A stretch of DNA of 64,000 nt from Trueperaceae bacterium (GCA_965213925.1 OZ243927.1:768001-832000); one strand, 5' to 3'. Shown: positions 21,578 to 32,712, numbered from the stretch's first letter. Notes: generated by a model not told the origin, from the letters alone. Made by a program: numbers and translations.

Positions 21578-22174
21578 TTACTTAGCCGCTTCGTAGTACT
21601 CCGCAACTTTATCCCAATTCACTACGTTCCAGAAATTACTGACGTACTCCGGGCGCTTATTCTGGTACTTGAGGTAGTAGGCGTGCTCCCACACGTCGAG
21701 ACCTAGAATCGGGGTTTTGCCGTCCATGAGAGGGCTGTCCTGGTTGGGGGTGCTCATGACCTCTAACTTGCCCGCGTTCACAACGAGCCACGCCCAGCCT
21801 GAGCCGAAGCGACCCGTCGCAGCGCTTTCGAACTGCTCTTTGAACGAATCGAACGAGCTGAAGTCGCGTTCGATGGCTTCGCTCAAGTCACCACTGGGGC
21901 TGCCGCCGCCGTTCGGTCCCATGACCTCCCAAAAGAGGTTGTGGTTCGCGTAGCCGCCGCCGTTGTTGCGCACCGCCGTAGAGAGTTTATCCACGCCCTG
22001 CGCCAAAATCTCCTCGATGCTCATGTTTTCCATCTCGGTGCCTTCGACGGCGTTATTGAGCTTGGTCGTGTAGCCCTGATGGTGCTTGTCGTGGTGAATT
22101 TCCATCGTGGTGGCGTCGATGGTGGGCTCTAAGGCGTCTTTATCATAGGGTAAGTCGGGTAGGGTAAAAGCCAT
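21578..22174 (-). CDS. sodA: Fe/Mn superoxide dismutase
   Basis: [31 protein letters not shown]. Confidence 0.96.
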   Translation of the reverse strand: MAFTLPDLPYDKDALEPTIDATTMEIHHDKHHQGYTTKLNNAVEGTEMENMSIEEILAQGVDKLSTAVRNNGGGYANHNLFWEVMGPNGGGSPSGDLSEAIERDFSSFDSFKEQFESAATGRFGSGWAWLVVNAGKLEVMSTPNQDSPLMDGKTPILGLDVWEHAYYLKYQNKRPEYVSNFWNVVNWDKVAEYYEAAK

Positions 22175-22633
22175 TAGGTAACTCCTCTCGAGAGTAAAGA
22201 ACTTCACTTCGTGTACACCCAGAGTGTAGCAAAGGTGTTGGATGTAACCTTTTCTGAGCTTACACTTAGGGACTGTACCTGATATTAAACGCGGCTTAGC
22301 GCTTAATCAAACAGCAGGATAGCCCTTCCTCGAGCCTCCAACCTCAGCCCCTCGCCCTACCTCATTCTAAGCCCAAAGTCCTACGAACATCAGCGGATTG
22401 CCAAGCGAGACCTTATCGTCCTAAGCACGTCACGGAGTAAGTTTTACGGCACTGTTGTCACCCTGAGCCCGCCGAAGGGTTTCGTTCCTCAGCGTCAGGG
22501 CGATACAGAAAAGCGCCAGCAGCCTATCTAAGTGGCTGTGTGAAAATAACCTAAACTGAGAAGATTGATAAAGTATGTCCTACGGGGGAAAACCTCTTCA
22601 GAATAGTTGAGGTTATTTAGACTGGAGTACTTA

Positions 22634-24043
22634 TCAACTTTTAGGAGGCGACGCGAAGCGCGTTCGCGCGTACATCATCAGCTCCTGCGGTAACTTAGGC
22701 AGCGTCTCAAAGGTAAAGGCGTCCGCCGCTTTTTTTATCCCTTCGGAGAGCGTTGGGTACGGGAAGACGACCCCGCCTAGCTTGTAGAGCGAAATCCCCT
22801 GAACCATCGCCAGCGTCAGCATGGAGATCATCTCGGAGGCTTTAGGCGCGACGATAGTGGCGCTCAGGATGCGCCCGGTTAAGCGAACGGCGTGGATGCG
22901 GACGAAACCGTCCTCCAATCCCTGCGTGTACCCCTTATCCGTCTCTTTAAGCTCCACGTGCAGCGTCTTGATGAGGTCGGGGTGGTACTTCTTGTGAAGG
23001 TCTTCCAAGCTAGGACCGACCATCGCAATCTCGGGGTCGCTAAAGGTCGCGCTTGGGTAGGCGGGCTCTTTGCCGAAGGTCGGCAGCCAGGGCAGCACGA
23101 GCCGCCGCACCACGCGCCGCCCCTGGGCGTTGGCGGAGTGCGTGAAGTTCGAGGCGGGGTTCACGTCGCCGATGGCGAAGAGGCTTTCGACGTTAGTCGC
23201 GCCGAAGGGTCCGGTGGGGACGCCCTTCTTCTCGTCGTAGTGGAGCCCTGTGTGCTCTAAGCCCAACCCCGCCACGTTCGGCGTGCGCCCCGCCGCCATC
23301 AGCACGCGGTCTACGCCGTCTAACGCGACCTCTTGACCGTTTTGGTTCACAAAGAGTGTCTTCTCATTTTCGTCGTAACGCGAGGCTTGCGCGTTCAAGT
23401 AAACCTCGACGCACGTCTCTTTGAGGCTCTTCTCGATGACTTCGGAGACCTCTGGGTCGCCCACCGAATAGACCCGCCCGCCCCGGTTGATGAGGCTTAC
23501 GCGGCTGCCGAGCTTGCGGAAAGCGAACGCCATCTCCAAGCCGATGGGTCCTGCGCCAATTACCGCGAGATGCTCGGGTTTATGCGGCTGCTCGAAGAGG
23601 GTCTCGTTGGTGAGGGTGCGCTCGCCCGGGAGCCCGTCAACCTCTAAGTGGCGCGGTTTGCCGCCCGTCGCCAGGACGATATTTTTGGTGTCGAGGGTTT
23701 GGGTATCGCCGTTACCCAAGCTCACCTTGACTTGCATTTCTCCTGTTAGCTTCGCAGTGCCGTGAAAAACTGAGACGTTCTCAACGGTGTGAATCCAATC
23801 GGTCTCCTCGTCGCGGAGGTGGTTGCGCTTGTCGCGCACGTGCTGTAAGACTGCGTCCGCGTCGTCAAAAGGATGCTCCACCGAATGAATGAGCGTCTTC
23901 GACGGCACGCAGCCGACGTTCGTGCAGTCGCCGCCGATGGGTCCGCGCTCAACGAGCGCGACCTGTTTGCCGAACTTCGCTAACCCTACCGCCACCGTGA
24001 GCCCGCCCGCGCCCGCGCCGATGACAACCGTGTGATACGCCAT
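22634..24043 (-). CDS. Pyridine nucleotide-disulfide oxidoreductase (dihydrolipoyl dehydrogenase/MerA-like)
   Basis: GAGAGG, GGDCTNVGCVPSK redox disulfide, GAGPIGLE, PYPTLSE. Confidence 0.88.
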   Translation of the reverse strand: MAYHTVVIGAGAGGLTVAVGLAKFGKQVALVERGPIGGDCTNVGCVPSKTLIHSVEHPFDDADAVLQHVRDKRNHLRDEETDWIHTVENVSVFHGTAKLTGEMQVKVSLGNGDTQTLDTKNIVLATGGKPRHLEVDGLPGERTLTNETLFEQPHKPEHLAVIGAGPIGLEMAFAFRKLGSRVSLINRGGRVYSVGDPEVSEVIEKSLKETCVEVYLNAQASRYDENEKTLFVNQNGQEVALDGVDRVLMAAGRTPNVAGLGLEHTGLHYDEKKGVPTGPFGATNVESLFAIGDVNPASNFTHSANAQGRRVVRRLVLPWLPTFGKEPAYPSATFSDPEIAMVGPSLEDLHKKYHPDLIKTLHVELKETDKGYTQGLEDGFVRIHAVRLTGRILSATIVAPKASEMISMLTLAMVQGISLYKLGGVVFPYPTLSEGIKKAADAFTFETLPKLPQELMMYARTRFASPPKS

Positions 24044-24766
24044 TTAAGCCTCCACCCCTTTGCGGCGCTTGAGCAGCCTAGAAAGCCCCAAACTCGCCAC
24101 GAAAATAACGACGGACGCGACCAACACCCAAGGGTTGAAGCCTCCCCCTTCGGCGTTCAAACCCGTTGACGCGCCCAGCAGCACGAACGAGAGCGTGCCG
24201 GGTAGCGAGCCGAGAATCGTCGCCAAGATAAACGCCCAGTAGTTGATGCGCAAAAAGCCTGCCAGGTAGTTGACCAAGTCGTAGGGCAAGAAGATAAAGC
24301 GCATCGTCAGAACGGTTTCGAACGAATTGCTGCGCATCTTGCCTATCCAGCGCTGCAACCTGCCGGTGTCCTCATCCTCCGCCTCGAGCGCGTTCTGCCC
24401 GAAGAAGTACCCGATAAAGTACGCGAGCGTCGCGCCCAAGTTCGCGCCGATAACCGTGTAGACGACGCCCCAAACCGCGCCGAAGAGCGCCCCACCCGCG
24501 AGCGTCAACAGCACCGCCGAAAAGAGCACGATAGGGCGCAGCGTGTAGAGCCCGATAAAGATAAGGGGCGCTAAGGGGTTGTCACGTATGAAGTTGACGA
24601 GTTGCCGAACCGTCTGCTGAAGCGCCTCATCTAAAGGTAAGCCGAGGCTGAAAATATAAACTGCAAACGCGCTGAGCAAGGCGAGCCAGAACCCACCCGC
24701 TACGAGTTTCTGCCAGTGCTTCGCGAAAAACGAGGGTTGTTGCCTAGGGGTCGATACTTGAGCCAT
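24044..24766 (-). CDS. TVP38/TMEM64 (DedA superfamily) membrane protein
   Basis: GGALFG, GANLGA, R...LPYDLVNY, GSLPG. Confidence 0.9.
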   Translation of the reverse strand: MAQVSTPRQQPSFFAKHWQKLVAGGFWLALLSAFAVYIFSLGLPLDEALQQTVRQLVNFIRDNPLAPLIFIGLYTLRPIVLFSAVLLTLAGGALFGAVWGVVYTVIGANLGATLAYFIGYFFGQNALEAEDEDTGRLQRWIGKMRSNSFETVLTMRFIFLPYDLVNYLAGFLRINYWAFILATILGSLPGTLSFVLLGASTGLNAEGGGFNPWVLVASVVIFVASLGLSRLLKRRKGVEA

Positions 24767-24768
24767 CC

Positions 24769-25371
24769 TTAAAGCCTCCTTAACGCGAAGCGGACGCGCT
24801 GACCCACCGAAAAGAGAACGAGCAGCGCCATAAGAGAGAAGAGAAAGGTGAGCGCACCGGGAAAAATTAGGAACAAGCAGTAGAAGAGAATCGTCTCGCC
24901 CCCTTCAATCAAACCACTCGGCATGGTCACGCTCGTCTGCTCACCCTGACTCGACGCCCCTTGCTTGCGCTTCTCTAAAATAGCTGAGAGATAGAGCCAC
25001 GAGACGGCGTTGAGGTAGAAGCTCGAGAGTAGAAACGCCAAACTCAACCAGACCGCAGGGGAGGCTTGCGCCCAGGCTAGCGCAACGGGCAAGAGGGCGT
25101 AGATCGCGGTGTCTAAGAGCATGTCCAGATAGCCACCCAGGTCACTCTGCTTGGCGCTACTTCTGGCGATGCTACCGTCTAATCCGTCCAGCACGCGTCC
25201 CGCGAGCCACAGCGCCAACGCCCAGCCGTAGAGTTCAAACGCCGCCGCGCCCACCGCCAGCAGCCCGACGCCAAACGCCGTCAAGGTCACGGCGAGCGGG
25301 GGGATATCCAAACGTTTGGCGACGGGCTCTAAAAGTCGCTCTTTTGGAAGCCTCAAGTATCTGTCTATCAT
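24769..25371 (-). CDS. CDP-alcohol phosphatidyltransferase family protein (YnjF-like)
   Basis: DGLDGSIAR...GGYLD..LD; GLIEGGETI. Confidence 0.88.
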   Translation of the reverse strand: MIDRYLRLPKERLLEPVAKRLDIPPLAVTLTAFGVGLLAVGAAAFELYGWALALWLAGRVLDGLDGSIARSSAKQSDLGGYLDMLLDTAIYALLPVALAWAQASPAVWLSLAFLLSSFYLNAVSWLYLSAILEKRKQGASSQGEQTSVTMPSGLIEGGETILFYCLFLIFPGALTFLFSLMALLVLFSVGQRVRFALRRL

Positions 25372-25692
25372 CGTTGGAGAGCGCCACTACCTTTCTAACT
25401 CGCAGGTCTATCTCGAGAGGCGAAGCTGTTACAACTATAAAACGCTCGACTGTTCTTTATTGCAGCCAAGTGAACATCTTCACCATAACGAATGAACGCC
25501 GTCCCGTTCGTCAAACACTGTACGGAGACCGCGCCACATTTCGCCCAAGCTGACGGAGGAGCTGCACCCGACACTCCAACGCGAAGCGATTTGATGTAGG
25601 CTAAAAGAGATGTCCAAATCTGGGGCGACGGTTCCGAGCAGGCGCGCGGCGAGCGGGCACGTAGCGACAAGCCTGCGCGCAAGGAGGTTCTC

Positions 25693-26388
25693 TTGACGCT
25701 ACCCCGAAACGCATCTCCGAAACCTTATGTTATTAAAAACACCGGCTTTGCTCAGCGGCTCAGCGAGCGCGACATGGCGGTTTTTCGGCGCGTCTGTCCC
25801 GACAAGATGTACCGCAAAGGCGAGACGATTTTCTACGCGGGCGACCCCGCCACGGATTTGCACGTCATCGCCAAAGGGCAAGTCAAGCTCGTCACGCAGG
25901 ACGCGAGCGGCAGCGAGCGTATTTTGGTCGTGTGCGGCGTGAACGACTTTATCGGCGAGGCGTTCCTGACTGAAACCTCGAGCTATTACGTGGACGCCGT
26001 CGCCCTGACCGACGTCGTAACGTGCCCGGTGAGCCGCCCACAGTTTTTACAGATGGCGCTGCACGCTCCGCACTTCACGCTGACTTTTACAGAAATTTTG
26101 GCGAGCCACCTCTTTCACTGCCGCGAGCAACTTGGTCATTCGTATGCGCCCGTCAAAACGCGCCTCATCAAGACCTTTTTGGAGCAAGCGGAGCGCTTCG
26201 GTGAGCCGGAGCAAAGTGGCTGGGTCAAGCTCGAGACCGAACTCAAACACGAAGAACTCGCCTCGATGATTTCCGCCACGCGGGTGAGCGTCTCGATGGC
26301 GATTGCGGAGCTGCGTGAGGCGCAACTGCTCGAGGGGACGAGAGGCAACTACCGGATCGACGTGGAGGCGCTGAGTAGTTATCTCTGA
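25693..26388 (+). CDS. Crp/Fnr family transcriptional regulator
   Basis: cNMP fold (GETIF..GD, G.VKL, FIGE) plus C-terminal HTH (HEELASMISATRVSVS); AAGGAGG RBS. Confidence 0.92.
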   Translation: MTLPRNASPKPYVIKNTGFAQRLSERDMAVFRRVCPDKMYRKGETIFYAGDPATDLHVIAKGQVKLVTQDASGSERILVVCGVNDFIGEAFLTETSSYYVDAVALTDVVTCPVSRPQFLQMALHAPHFTLTFTEILASHLFHCREQLGHSYAPVKTRLIKTFLEQAERFGEPEQSGWVKLETELKHEELASMISATRVSVSMAIAELREAQLLEGTRGNYRIDVEALSSYL

Positions 26389-26435
26389 GTTTTTCGCGCT
26401 TGTCTCCGAGCAACGCCGCGCCGTAGACTGCCCAG

Positions 26436-26939
26436 GTGCCTCTATCGTTCAAAACTGGCGAAGGGCGCTTTACCTACCGCGTCGCGGGCATCGCGCTCCG
26501 GGATGACTACGTCCTACTCGGTACAGAGGCGCACATCGACTTCTGGTATCTGCCGGGAGGACGCCCCGAGTTCGGTGAAACGCTTCAAGGTGCGCTCGAG
26601 AGGGAGATGTATGAGGAACTCGGCGCAGAGGTCGAGGTCAGGCGACTGGCGCTGGTGATCGAGAACTTCTTCAACCACGCTTCTGAAAAACATCACGGTA
26701 TCGGGCTTTACTTCTTGATGACGTTACCAGAAGTTCTGACGAATAGGGAAGAGGTTTATAAGGGGCTCGAGCATGACGCGGACGCAATTAGAGATTCGGG
26801 TGAAGAGGGAGCGCTCGAGCTGTCCTTCCGCTGGTTTCACCTGAGTCAAATAGAAACGCTCGACGTGCGCCCTAAGTGCTTGCAGAAAGCGCTCGTCAAC
26901 CTCTCCGAAGAGGTGCAGCACCTCATTAACGTCGGTTAG
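26436..26939 (+). CDS. NUDIX hydrolase
   Basis: LPGGRPEFGETLQGALEREMYEELG Nudix box. Confidence 0.92.
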   Translation: MPLSFKTGEGRFTYRVAGIALRDDYVLLGTEAHIDFWYLPGGRPEFGETLQGALEREMYEELGAEVEVRRLALVIENFFNHASEKHHGIGLYFLMTLPEVLTNREEVYKGLEHDADAIRDSGEEGALELSFRWFHLSQIETLDVRPKCLQKALVNLSEEVQHLINVG

Positions 26940-27010
26940 TCTTAACTTAAGGCGGAGACGCACCTATTGACAGAAACAATTTTTAGTGAGAATAATTTCT
27001 ACGATTAGCC

Positions 27011-28716
27011 TCAAAATTGTACTACCTCAGTCATCAATCGCTCGTAATCGTCCCTCAGCCACAGGAAAGAGAAATTGCGTTGATTGTCGTACCGACTGAC
27101 GTATGTCTCGCCTTCATACATTTCGTCAATATACTCGAGAACAAAGTCGGGATCAACGTCGAGTATCTGCGAAAACACCACGCTCTTGTAATCGTCATGT
27201 TGCCTTGCCTTGCAAACCGAGAGATAAGCCCTTTTCAGTATCTCGATATCGTCCTCGAACATAGATAAGAGGCTTTCGTCTGTTCCCAAGTGATCATTGA
27301 CGACCTGCATCAAAGCAGAAGCAGGAGCATAGCCTAGCTCGATTTTCGCAGAAATGATTTCAACAACTTTAGGGATGACCCGCTTGTCAACCTCTCGGTA
27401 TTTCAGCAGGTAGTCAAGGCGGTCAAACATATCTTGCGCTTCGGCTTCGCGGTATAGGGCGTACAACTCCTCTAAGCGCCGCTCATTGATCTGCTCAGGC
27501 GTCAAACCCATGTAGAAGCTAAACAGCCATCTCCGCTTCGTCGAATAATCGAATTTTTTTAGCAGAGCTAGAGCGTCTTCGGCACCGAGGGCTTGAATAA
27601 GATGCCAAACGACTTTCGGAATCCAATTCAGCCTCAAAGGGTCGCCGAGTTGCAGGTAATGACCTAAGACAGCCGCGAAAAGTTCCGAGTCGCGCTTCGC
27701 CAAATCTTCGAAAACGTTCTCGACCCCGGTCATCAACTGGTGGGGGTTGATGCCCGCCAGATTACCTTGCATTTCAAGCGCTTGCTCAAAGAACCGTCTG
27801 AAATCATCGAGATTGAACGGTTCGAAATGCGCTCTTATGCGCTCTTGTTTATAAGCTTCGAACTCGTGAAAGTCCAGCTCGAGTTCCTTCCTGCTAAACG
27901 TGTCGTGTAAGAAGAGTCTGGATAGCTTATAGATTTCACTCGAGAAGTGTTCTCGCAAATCGGGGTCAAACGAAATCTGATGCCTCTCGAGGAGGTCTAA
28001 GAACTTACAGGCAATGATGCAATGACTGTAGCGCTCAGGCTCGAGGTTCTCGGAGAGGAAAGGTAGCACCGATGCCGCGTCAACCTCGATGATCTCTTTC
28101 GTATTGATTCGTTACCCTTCATTGCTGTAGGCGTAGATAGCACTGAGAATGCCGTCTTGGAATCTCGGGTTGTCGTAAAGTTGAAAAACCTGCTCCCAAA
28201 GCTGCCGTCTCAGCTCAAACAGCTTGGGAGTAGCGGGAAGCTCAAAGCGGATTACGTTTAAGATATCCCCTTTGAATTTTGTCGTCTCAAAAGAGATGTG
28301 CAGATACTTCTCAGCTAAAGCGATGAATAGCCTCGGGAAGAGTTCGTCATCGTCTCCTACCCGCCGCCGCAATTCATCGACGACGACGCTTTGCATCAAG
28401 GACCCGCTGCTGAAAGAGGTAGGCTTAAACCCGAAGTCCTTAACGAGAATGTGGAGCACTTTAGGTAGATTTTCGGGCTGCTTCTCCAGATAATCAAAGA
28501 GAAGATTGAGCGCTATGCGGAAGTTGTCCGGGCTCGAGTACACAAACGCACTTAGTATGCTTAAAATTGATGGTCTGGGGATGCTCGAGTCGGGCTTAAA
28601 CTCTAAATTCGAGAGGTCTACATCTTCTGTTTCTAAGCCCTCAATATAGGCTTGAGCAAAAAGCAATGTCTCAGTTTTCTTCACGAACCAGAAGGTGTTC
28701 ATGAGGTAAAATAAAC
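27011..28716 (-). pseudogene. Central/C-terminal fragment of a large STAND-like NTPase (helical repeat region)
   Basis: ORFs 28112-28702 and 27011-28069 share a frame, separated by one TAA; overlaps the 54241-55957 fragment in sequence; lower GC. Confidence 0.8.
28230..28716 (+). repeat. Direct repeat copy A (362 bp identical plus diverged flank)
   Basis: 28230-28591 matches 54248-54609 (offset 26018). Confidence 0.92.
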
Positions 28717-28829
28717 CGTTTCTGAGAGAGGCAAAAAAGGCGGGCCACGATATCTCGCGGAGCTTTCACCTGACTCATCGGGCGACTCTACCTCTCATTC
28801 ATCTCCCGACCCCCCTCATAGATGAACGC

Positions 28830-29798
28830 TCACTCCTCACGCTTAAAGCGCAGCGACGCGCTGAAATCGCTGGTGCCGAAGAACCACTCCCTCCAGCTCA
28901 GCCTCGAGCCCATCTCACGAAAGGGCGACTCGCCGACCTGCGCGTAGTTAAGAACTGCGACGAAGAAAACGCCGCCTAGTATGTTGCCGAGGAGCACCGG
29001 CAGTGTGAAGGTCCATAGGAAAGACAGCTCGGCGTGGGCGGTGAACGCCAGGTAGAAGACCTCGACCGAACTCGTGATGATGTGGTAGAAGTGGGCCGCG
29101 CCAATGAAGTACATCAGGATCCAAATAATGAAGATACGCGAGATGGTGTCTCTAGAACCGTGAATGAGCCAGACCATGCTGGCGACCAGCCAGCCGGCGA
29201 TAACCGACTTCCAGAACGCCTCGCCCCAGCTCGCCTTGAGGGTCTCTTCGCCCATCTTGAAGGCGACACTACTGGTCTCCTCATCAAAAACACTGGTGGT
29301 CGCTAGGAGCAGCGAGATAGCGACCGCGCCCAGCATGTTGGCGAAAAAGACGATTCCCCAGAGCCGCATAAGCTCGCGCAGGCTCGCCAATCGCGTGAGC
29401 ACCAACGCCATTGGCGTCAGCGTGTTCTCGGTGAAGAGCTGGTAGCGCCCTAACACGATCAGCACGAAGCCGACGGGGTAGAAGATGTTACCTAGCAGCC
29501 CGGCAGACTCGCCCGGCGTCTGCTCGGTGAAAATGACGCGCGCGATGAAGGTGAGTCCCAAGGCTAGCCCCGCCGCCAAGCCGCTCCAGAAGAGGAGCGA
29601 GGGCGCTTTGGAGAGTTCGTCGTCGGCAGTAGCTAGGACGCGCTCGAAGATTTCGTGGGTCGAGAAGAAGTCGCGGATAATGTTGCCGTCTGAGGGCGCG
29701 GTGGTGGCACGGTCGCGCTCGGCGGCGGTCTCTGGCGACATGCCGTCTTGCTGGTAGTTATCTCGCTTATGCTTGTGCTGATCCTCGTCTTCGCTCAT
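28830..29798 (-). CDS. Formate/nitrite transporter family protein
   Basis: YPVGFVLIVLGRYQLFTENT, SVIAGWLVA, GNILGG. Confidence 0.88.
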   Translation of the reverse strand: MSEDEDQHKHKRDNYQQDGMSPETAAERDRATTAPSDGNIIRDFFSTHEIFERVLATADDELSKAPSLLFWSGLAAGLALGLTFIARVIFTEQTPGESAGLLGNIFYPVGFVLIVLGRYQLFTENTLTPMALVLTRLASLRELMRLWGIVFFANMLGAVAISLLLATTSVFDEETSSVAFKMGEETLKASWGEAFWKSVIAGWLVASMVWLIHGSRDTISRIFIIWILMYFIGAAHFYHIITSSVEVFYLAFTAHAELSFLWTFTLPVLLGNILGGVFFVAVLNYAQVGESPFREMGSRLSWREWFFGTSDFSASLRFKREE

Positions 29799-29963
29799 GG
29801 TCCCTCCGGAGAATGTTGGTCGTCTGGCAATTATCCTTTGTCCTGCGCTATACAAAGGGAAGACGGCTCACAAAGCGCCTCCGGGTGCTGCTTAGGCGTA
29901 GCGCGTGTCGATCAGCATGGAGGCGTTGATAAGAGGCGTTGATAAGTCGTAAACCAGCTCAAG

Positions 29964-30003
29964 GGGAAAGCCGTCCGATCAATTCAGGTCTGACGGCTTT
30001 CCC
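29964..30003. terminator. GC-rich hairpin
   Basis: GGGAAAGCCGTC...GACGGCTTTCCC perfect 12-bp stem. Confidence 0.5.
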
Positions 30004-30072
30004 AAAATTCCCCTGGCGGAGAGCTTTAGTTATAAAGGTCATCAGATCAGCTCGCGCCGGACAGATGCGTTT

Positions 30073-30700
30073 GGGTGCGTCCAAGAAATAGGGGCGAGCC
30101 GAAGAATGGGCTAAGATAGGGGATGAACCAAAGAAAAGCTAACCTGAAAGCGGAATTGCTCGCTATAGCGTAGCTTTAGATATCCTTCTCGAAGAGAGCG
30201 AAAAGCTAGAGGATTTTGCTGAGTTAGAAGAGGCAGTAAGTCAGCTTGCGGAGCGAACCTTGCCGCAGACACTGAGCGCCTTGCAAGCGAGTAAGGCTTT
30301 TTCCCCCTGGTGTCCAGACTGCCAGCAAAGCCCGCGAAGTAAAGGCTACACTCAGCGCACGGTTGTAACGCGTTGGGGTAAAGCTGCGGTGCGGGTGCTG
30401 GTAAGCCGTGTCAACGCCACGGACATAGCAGTTCACTAGGGCTGGACGGCAGCGGCTTGAGTCCTGGGGTGCTTGCGAGCGTGGTGTACTTGGGCACGCA
30501 TTTAAGCTACCGAGAAACGCAAGCGGCGTTAGCCTTGCAGCGCATTACATTGAGCTTAGGTCAGTGCGAGCAGAAGCATCAGGCTTACGCAAGCAGCTAC
30601 GAAACGAAGTGTAAAGACCACCTGCGCACCCAGGCAGAGCAAGCACTAGGCTCAGGCGAGACTCAGAGCTGGGTTACCGAAGCGGACGGCATGTTCGTTA
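30073..30700 (+). mobile_element. Truncated, frameshifted ISKra4/UPF0236-like transposase remnant
   Basis: GGGTGCGTCCAAG end; FSPWCPDCQ zinc knuckle; LSPG...LSYRE; EADGMFV; then breaks off. Confidence 0.6.
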
Positions 30701-30709
30701 TAGAACACC

Positions 30710-31286
30710 TTGTCCAGGACAGTGTGAAGGGCGCGAAGTTAAACAGGCTGTCTTGTTTCCTCTCCACCCCGCTGCTGAGCTACCTCGTGCTGCGCTGGGG
30801 ACACGCGCTCGTATGGGTCCTGTTGGCGCTCTCGTTCCTGCTTCGTGGCACAAGGTGGGGTGGAACGGGCGTGGCCGACATTGTGGCGGGGCTAGCGTTG
30901 GGGGTTTAGCCAAGAAAAGTTTACAAGGCGCTGCGGCGCAACTGGCGGCTTCACATGAGGTGACGGTTGAGGGCGTGGCGGCAGCGGCGCACCTGTCACG
31001 CCGTCAGCTCGAGCGCCGCTTCGCCGCCGAGGCCGGCACGTCACCCAAGGCGCTGGCGGTAAGAGCGCGTTTTGAACATGTAAAGGACGCGCTCGCTTAC
31101 CCGGTAAAGCCCAACTTGGCTGACCTGGCGTTGGAGTTTGGCTTTAGCGACCAGGCGCACCTGACCCGCGACTTTAGGCGTTTCAGTGGCAGAACCCCCC
31201 AAAGATTTGCCGCCGAGATGCAGGCCACCCGCGAGCTGTTGGCGGGCTACCATGACGCATTTTTACAAGACGCGGAGTCCTCCTAG
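30710..31286 (+). pseudogene. AraC family regulator, 5' truncated
   Basis: LSRRQLERRF and LALEFGFSDQAHLTRDFRRFSG double HTH; N-terminus lost at the IS junction. Confidence 0.75.
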
Positions 31287-31344
31287 GACCTAAGCTAAAC
31301 AGCGTCGGGCAAGGTCCCGGTAGCCACTTGTAAGGGAGCAAAAC

Positions 31345-31716
31345 ATGAACCACCCCAGCCTGGGCAACATCAACTTGTTCGTGCGCGACGTAGCCGCAGC
31401 GAAACGGTTTTATAAAGATGTCATGAGTCTGCTCGAGGACGAGGCGCGCTCGCAACCGCCCTCGTTCGCACTTTTCAAGGCGGGCGGCTGCAGCCTGACA
31501 CTGCAAGACGGTACGGTCCAGGGTGCCGCCTTGGGTGAAGCGGCGAGCGTGGAACTCGGCTTTGTCACCGACGATGTCGACGCGGTGCGGCAGCGGCTGT
31601 TAGCGGCGGGCGCGGAGGTCGGTGAGGTGCAGCAGATGGGCTGGGGCGGCGGTTTTGACGCCAGAGACCTCAACGGTCATAGACTTACGGTTTATAAGAC
31701 GCGAGAGGACGGCTAA
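31345..31716 (+). CDS. VOC (glyoxalase) family protein
   Basis: INLFVRDVAAAKRFY, ELGFVTDDVD, MGWG, RDLNGH. Confidence 0.88.
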   Translation: MNHPSLGNINLFVRDVAAAKRFYKDVMSLLEDEARSQPPSFALFKAGGCSLTLQDGTVQGAALGEAASVELGFVTDDVDAVRQRLLAAGAEVGEVQQMGWGGGFDARDLNGHRLTVYKTREDG

Positions 31717-31841
31717 CGCGTTCGTGCGCGTGTTGTCCTAAGCCCACACTTTGTCCTACAGGGGCGCGGGAGACGTTAGCCAAGCCTTGGGCGCGTAGCT
31801 GTGGCCGAACATCGGGGCTCCTCGAGCCTCACCCGACGCCT

Positions 31842-32105
31842 CTACTCCAGACGTCGGCTCAAATCTTTCAGGATCAAGCTGGCAAAGTCGCGCGCGGTAG
31901 AGATGCGCTTCATGTTGCTTTTGCTACTCGACTTGGGGTCGTAAAGGTCCTTAACCTGTTGCACGATGCAGATGGCGAGCGCCTCGTGAACGTTGACCGC
32001 CTCGTCATCCTCACCCGCCAGACGCTCGAACTGCTTGAGGATATGACCGTCGGGAAATGCGGTATTCACTTCCTCGATAATGTCGCGCAGACTCCAGGTC
32101 ACCAC
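31842..32105 (-). CDS. Small hypothetical protein
   Basis: 87-aa ORF with GGAGA RBS-like sequence; no recognisable motif. Confidence 0.45.
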   Translation of the reverse strand: MVTWSLRDIIEEVNTAFPDGHILKQFERLAGEDDEAVNVHEALAICIVQQVKDLYDPKSSSKSNMKRISTARDFASLILKDLSRRLE

Positions 32106-32334
32106 ACTCTTCTCTCCAGCTCCATCATGAAAGATAGAGCCTGGGAATGAAGGTAAGATTCGTCACAAACATGCCGAGGCTCGAGCCCTGCTGCTTGGAC
32201 GCTGCTCGATCGGGCGTCAGGTGACTGCGCACCGCCCAAGCCAGCCTGCTCGAGCGTTGACGCTGTTTTTAAGACTTTTATCCACCTTGAGGAAATAAAG
32301 GATGACGAGCCATCAGGTCTATACTTGCGTCAAT

Positions 32335-32712
32335 ATGGCTCATTCGATTGCCGCAGTCATAGTCCACACAGCCGACGTCGAGCGTGGGCTCACCTGGTAC
32401 CAGCAGGCATTCCCCACGGCCGGGCGGGTGCTCGCGCCCGGCACGGACTTCGAGTGCCTGCACCTTGGCGAGCTGCAGCTCGAGCTGGTGTTAGCGGACG
32501 ACAAGGTGGCTTCGGGGCCGGCGGGCGCGGTCGTCTACTGGCGCGTCGCTGACCTCGACGAAACGTTGACCCACTTAACCTCGCTGGGGGCGACGTTGTA
32601 CCGGGGTCCCCTACGGCTGCCAGGCGGGTTGGGCATGTGCCAGGTCAGAGGGGGCAACCTTCTCGGTTTGCGGGGGGTGTACACCGGGGCTGAGGCTCGG
32701 GAAACCGCATGA
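32335..32712 (+). CDS. VOC (glyoxalase) family protein, possibly decayed
   Basis: WYQQAFP, GAVVYWRVADLD, GATLYRGPL; usual DPFG of the last strand missing. Confidence 0.7.
   Translation: MAHSIAAVIVHTADVERGLTWYQQAFPTAGRVLAPGTDFECLHLGELQLELVLADDKVASGPAGAVVYWRVADLDETLTHLTSLGATLYRGPLRLPGGLGMCQVRGGNLLGLRGVYTGAEARETA

Noticed and set aside
30121..30131. GGATGAACCA match to the 103-bp unit end
   Set aside because: It is the ATG context of the ISKra4-like transposase, and no matching left end was seen 103 bp upstream
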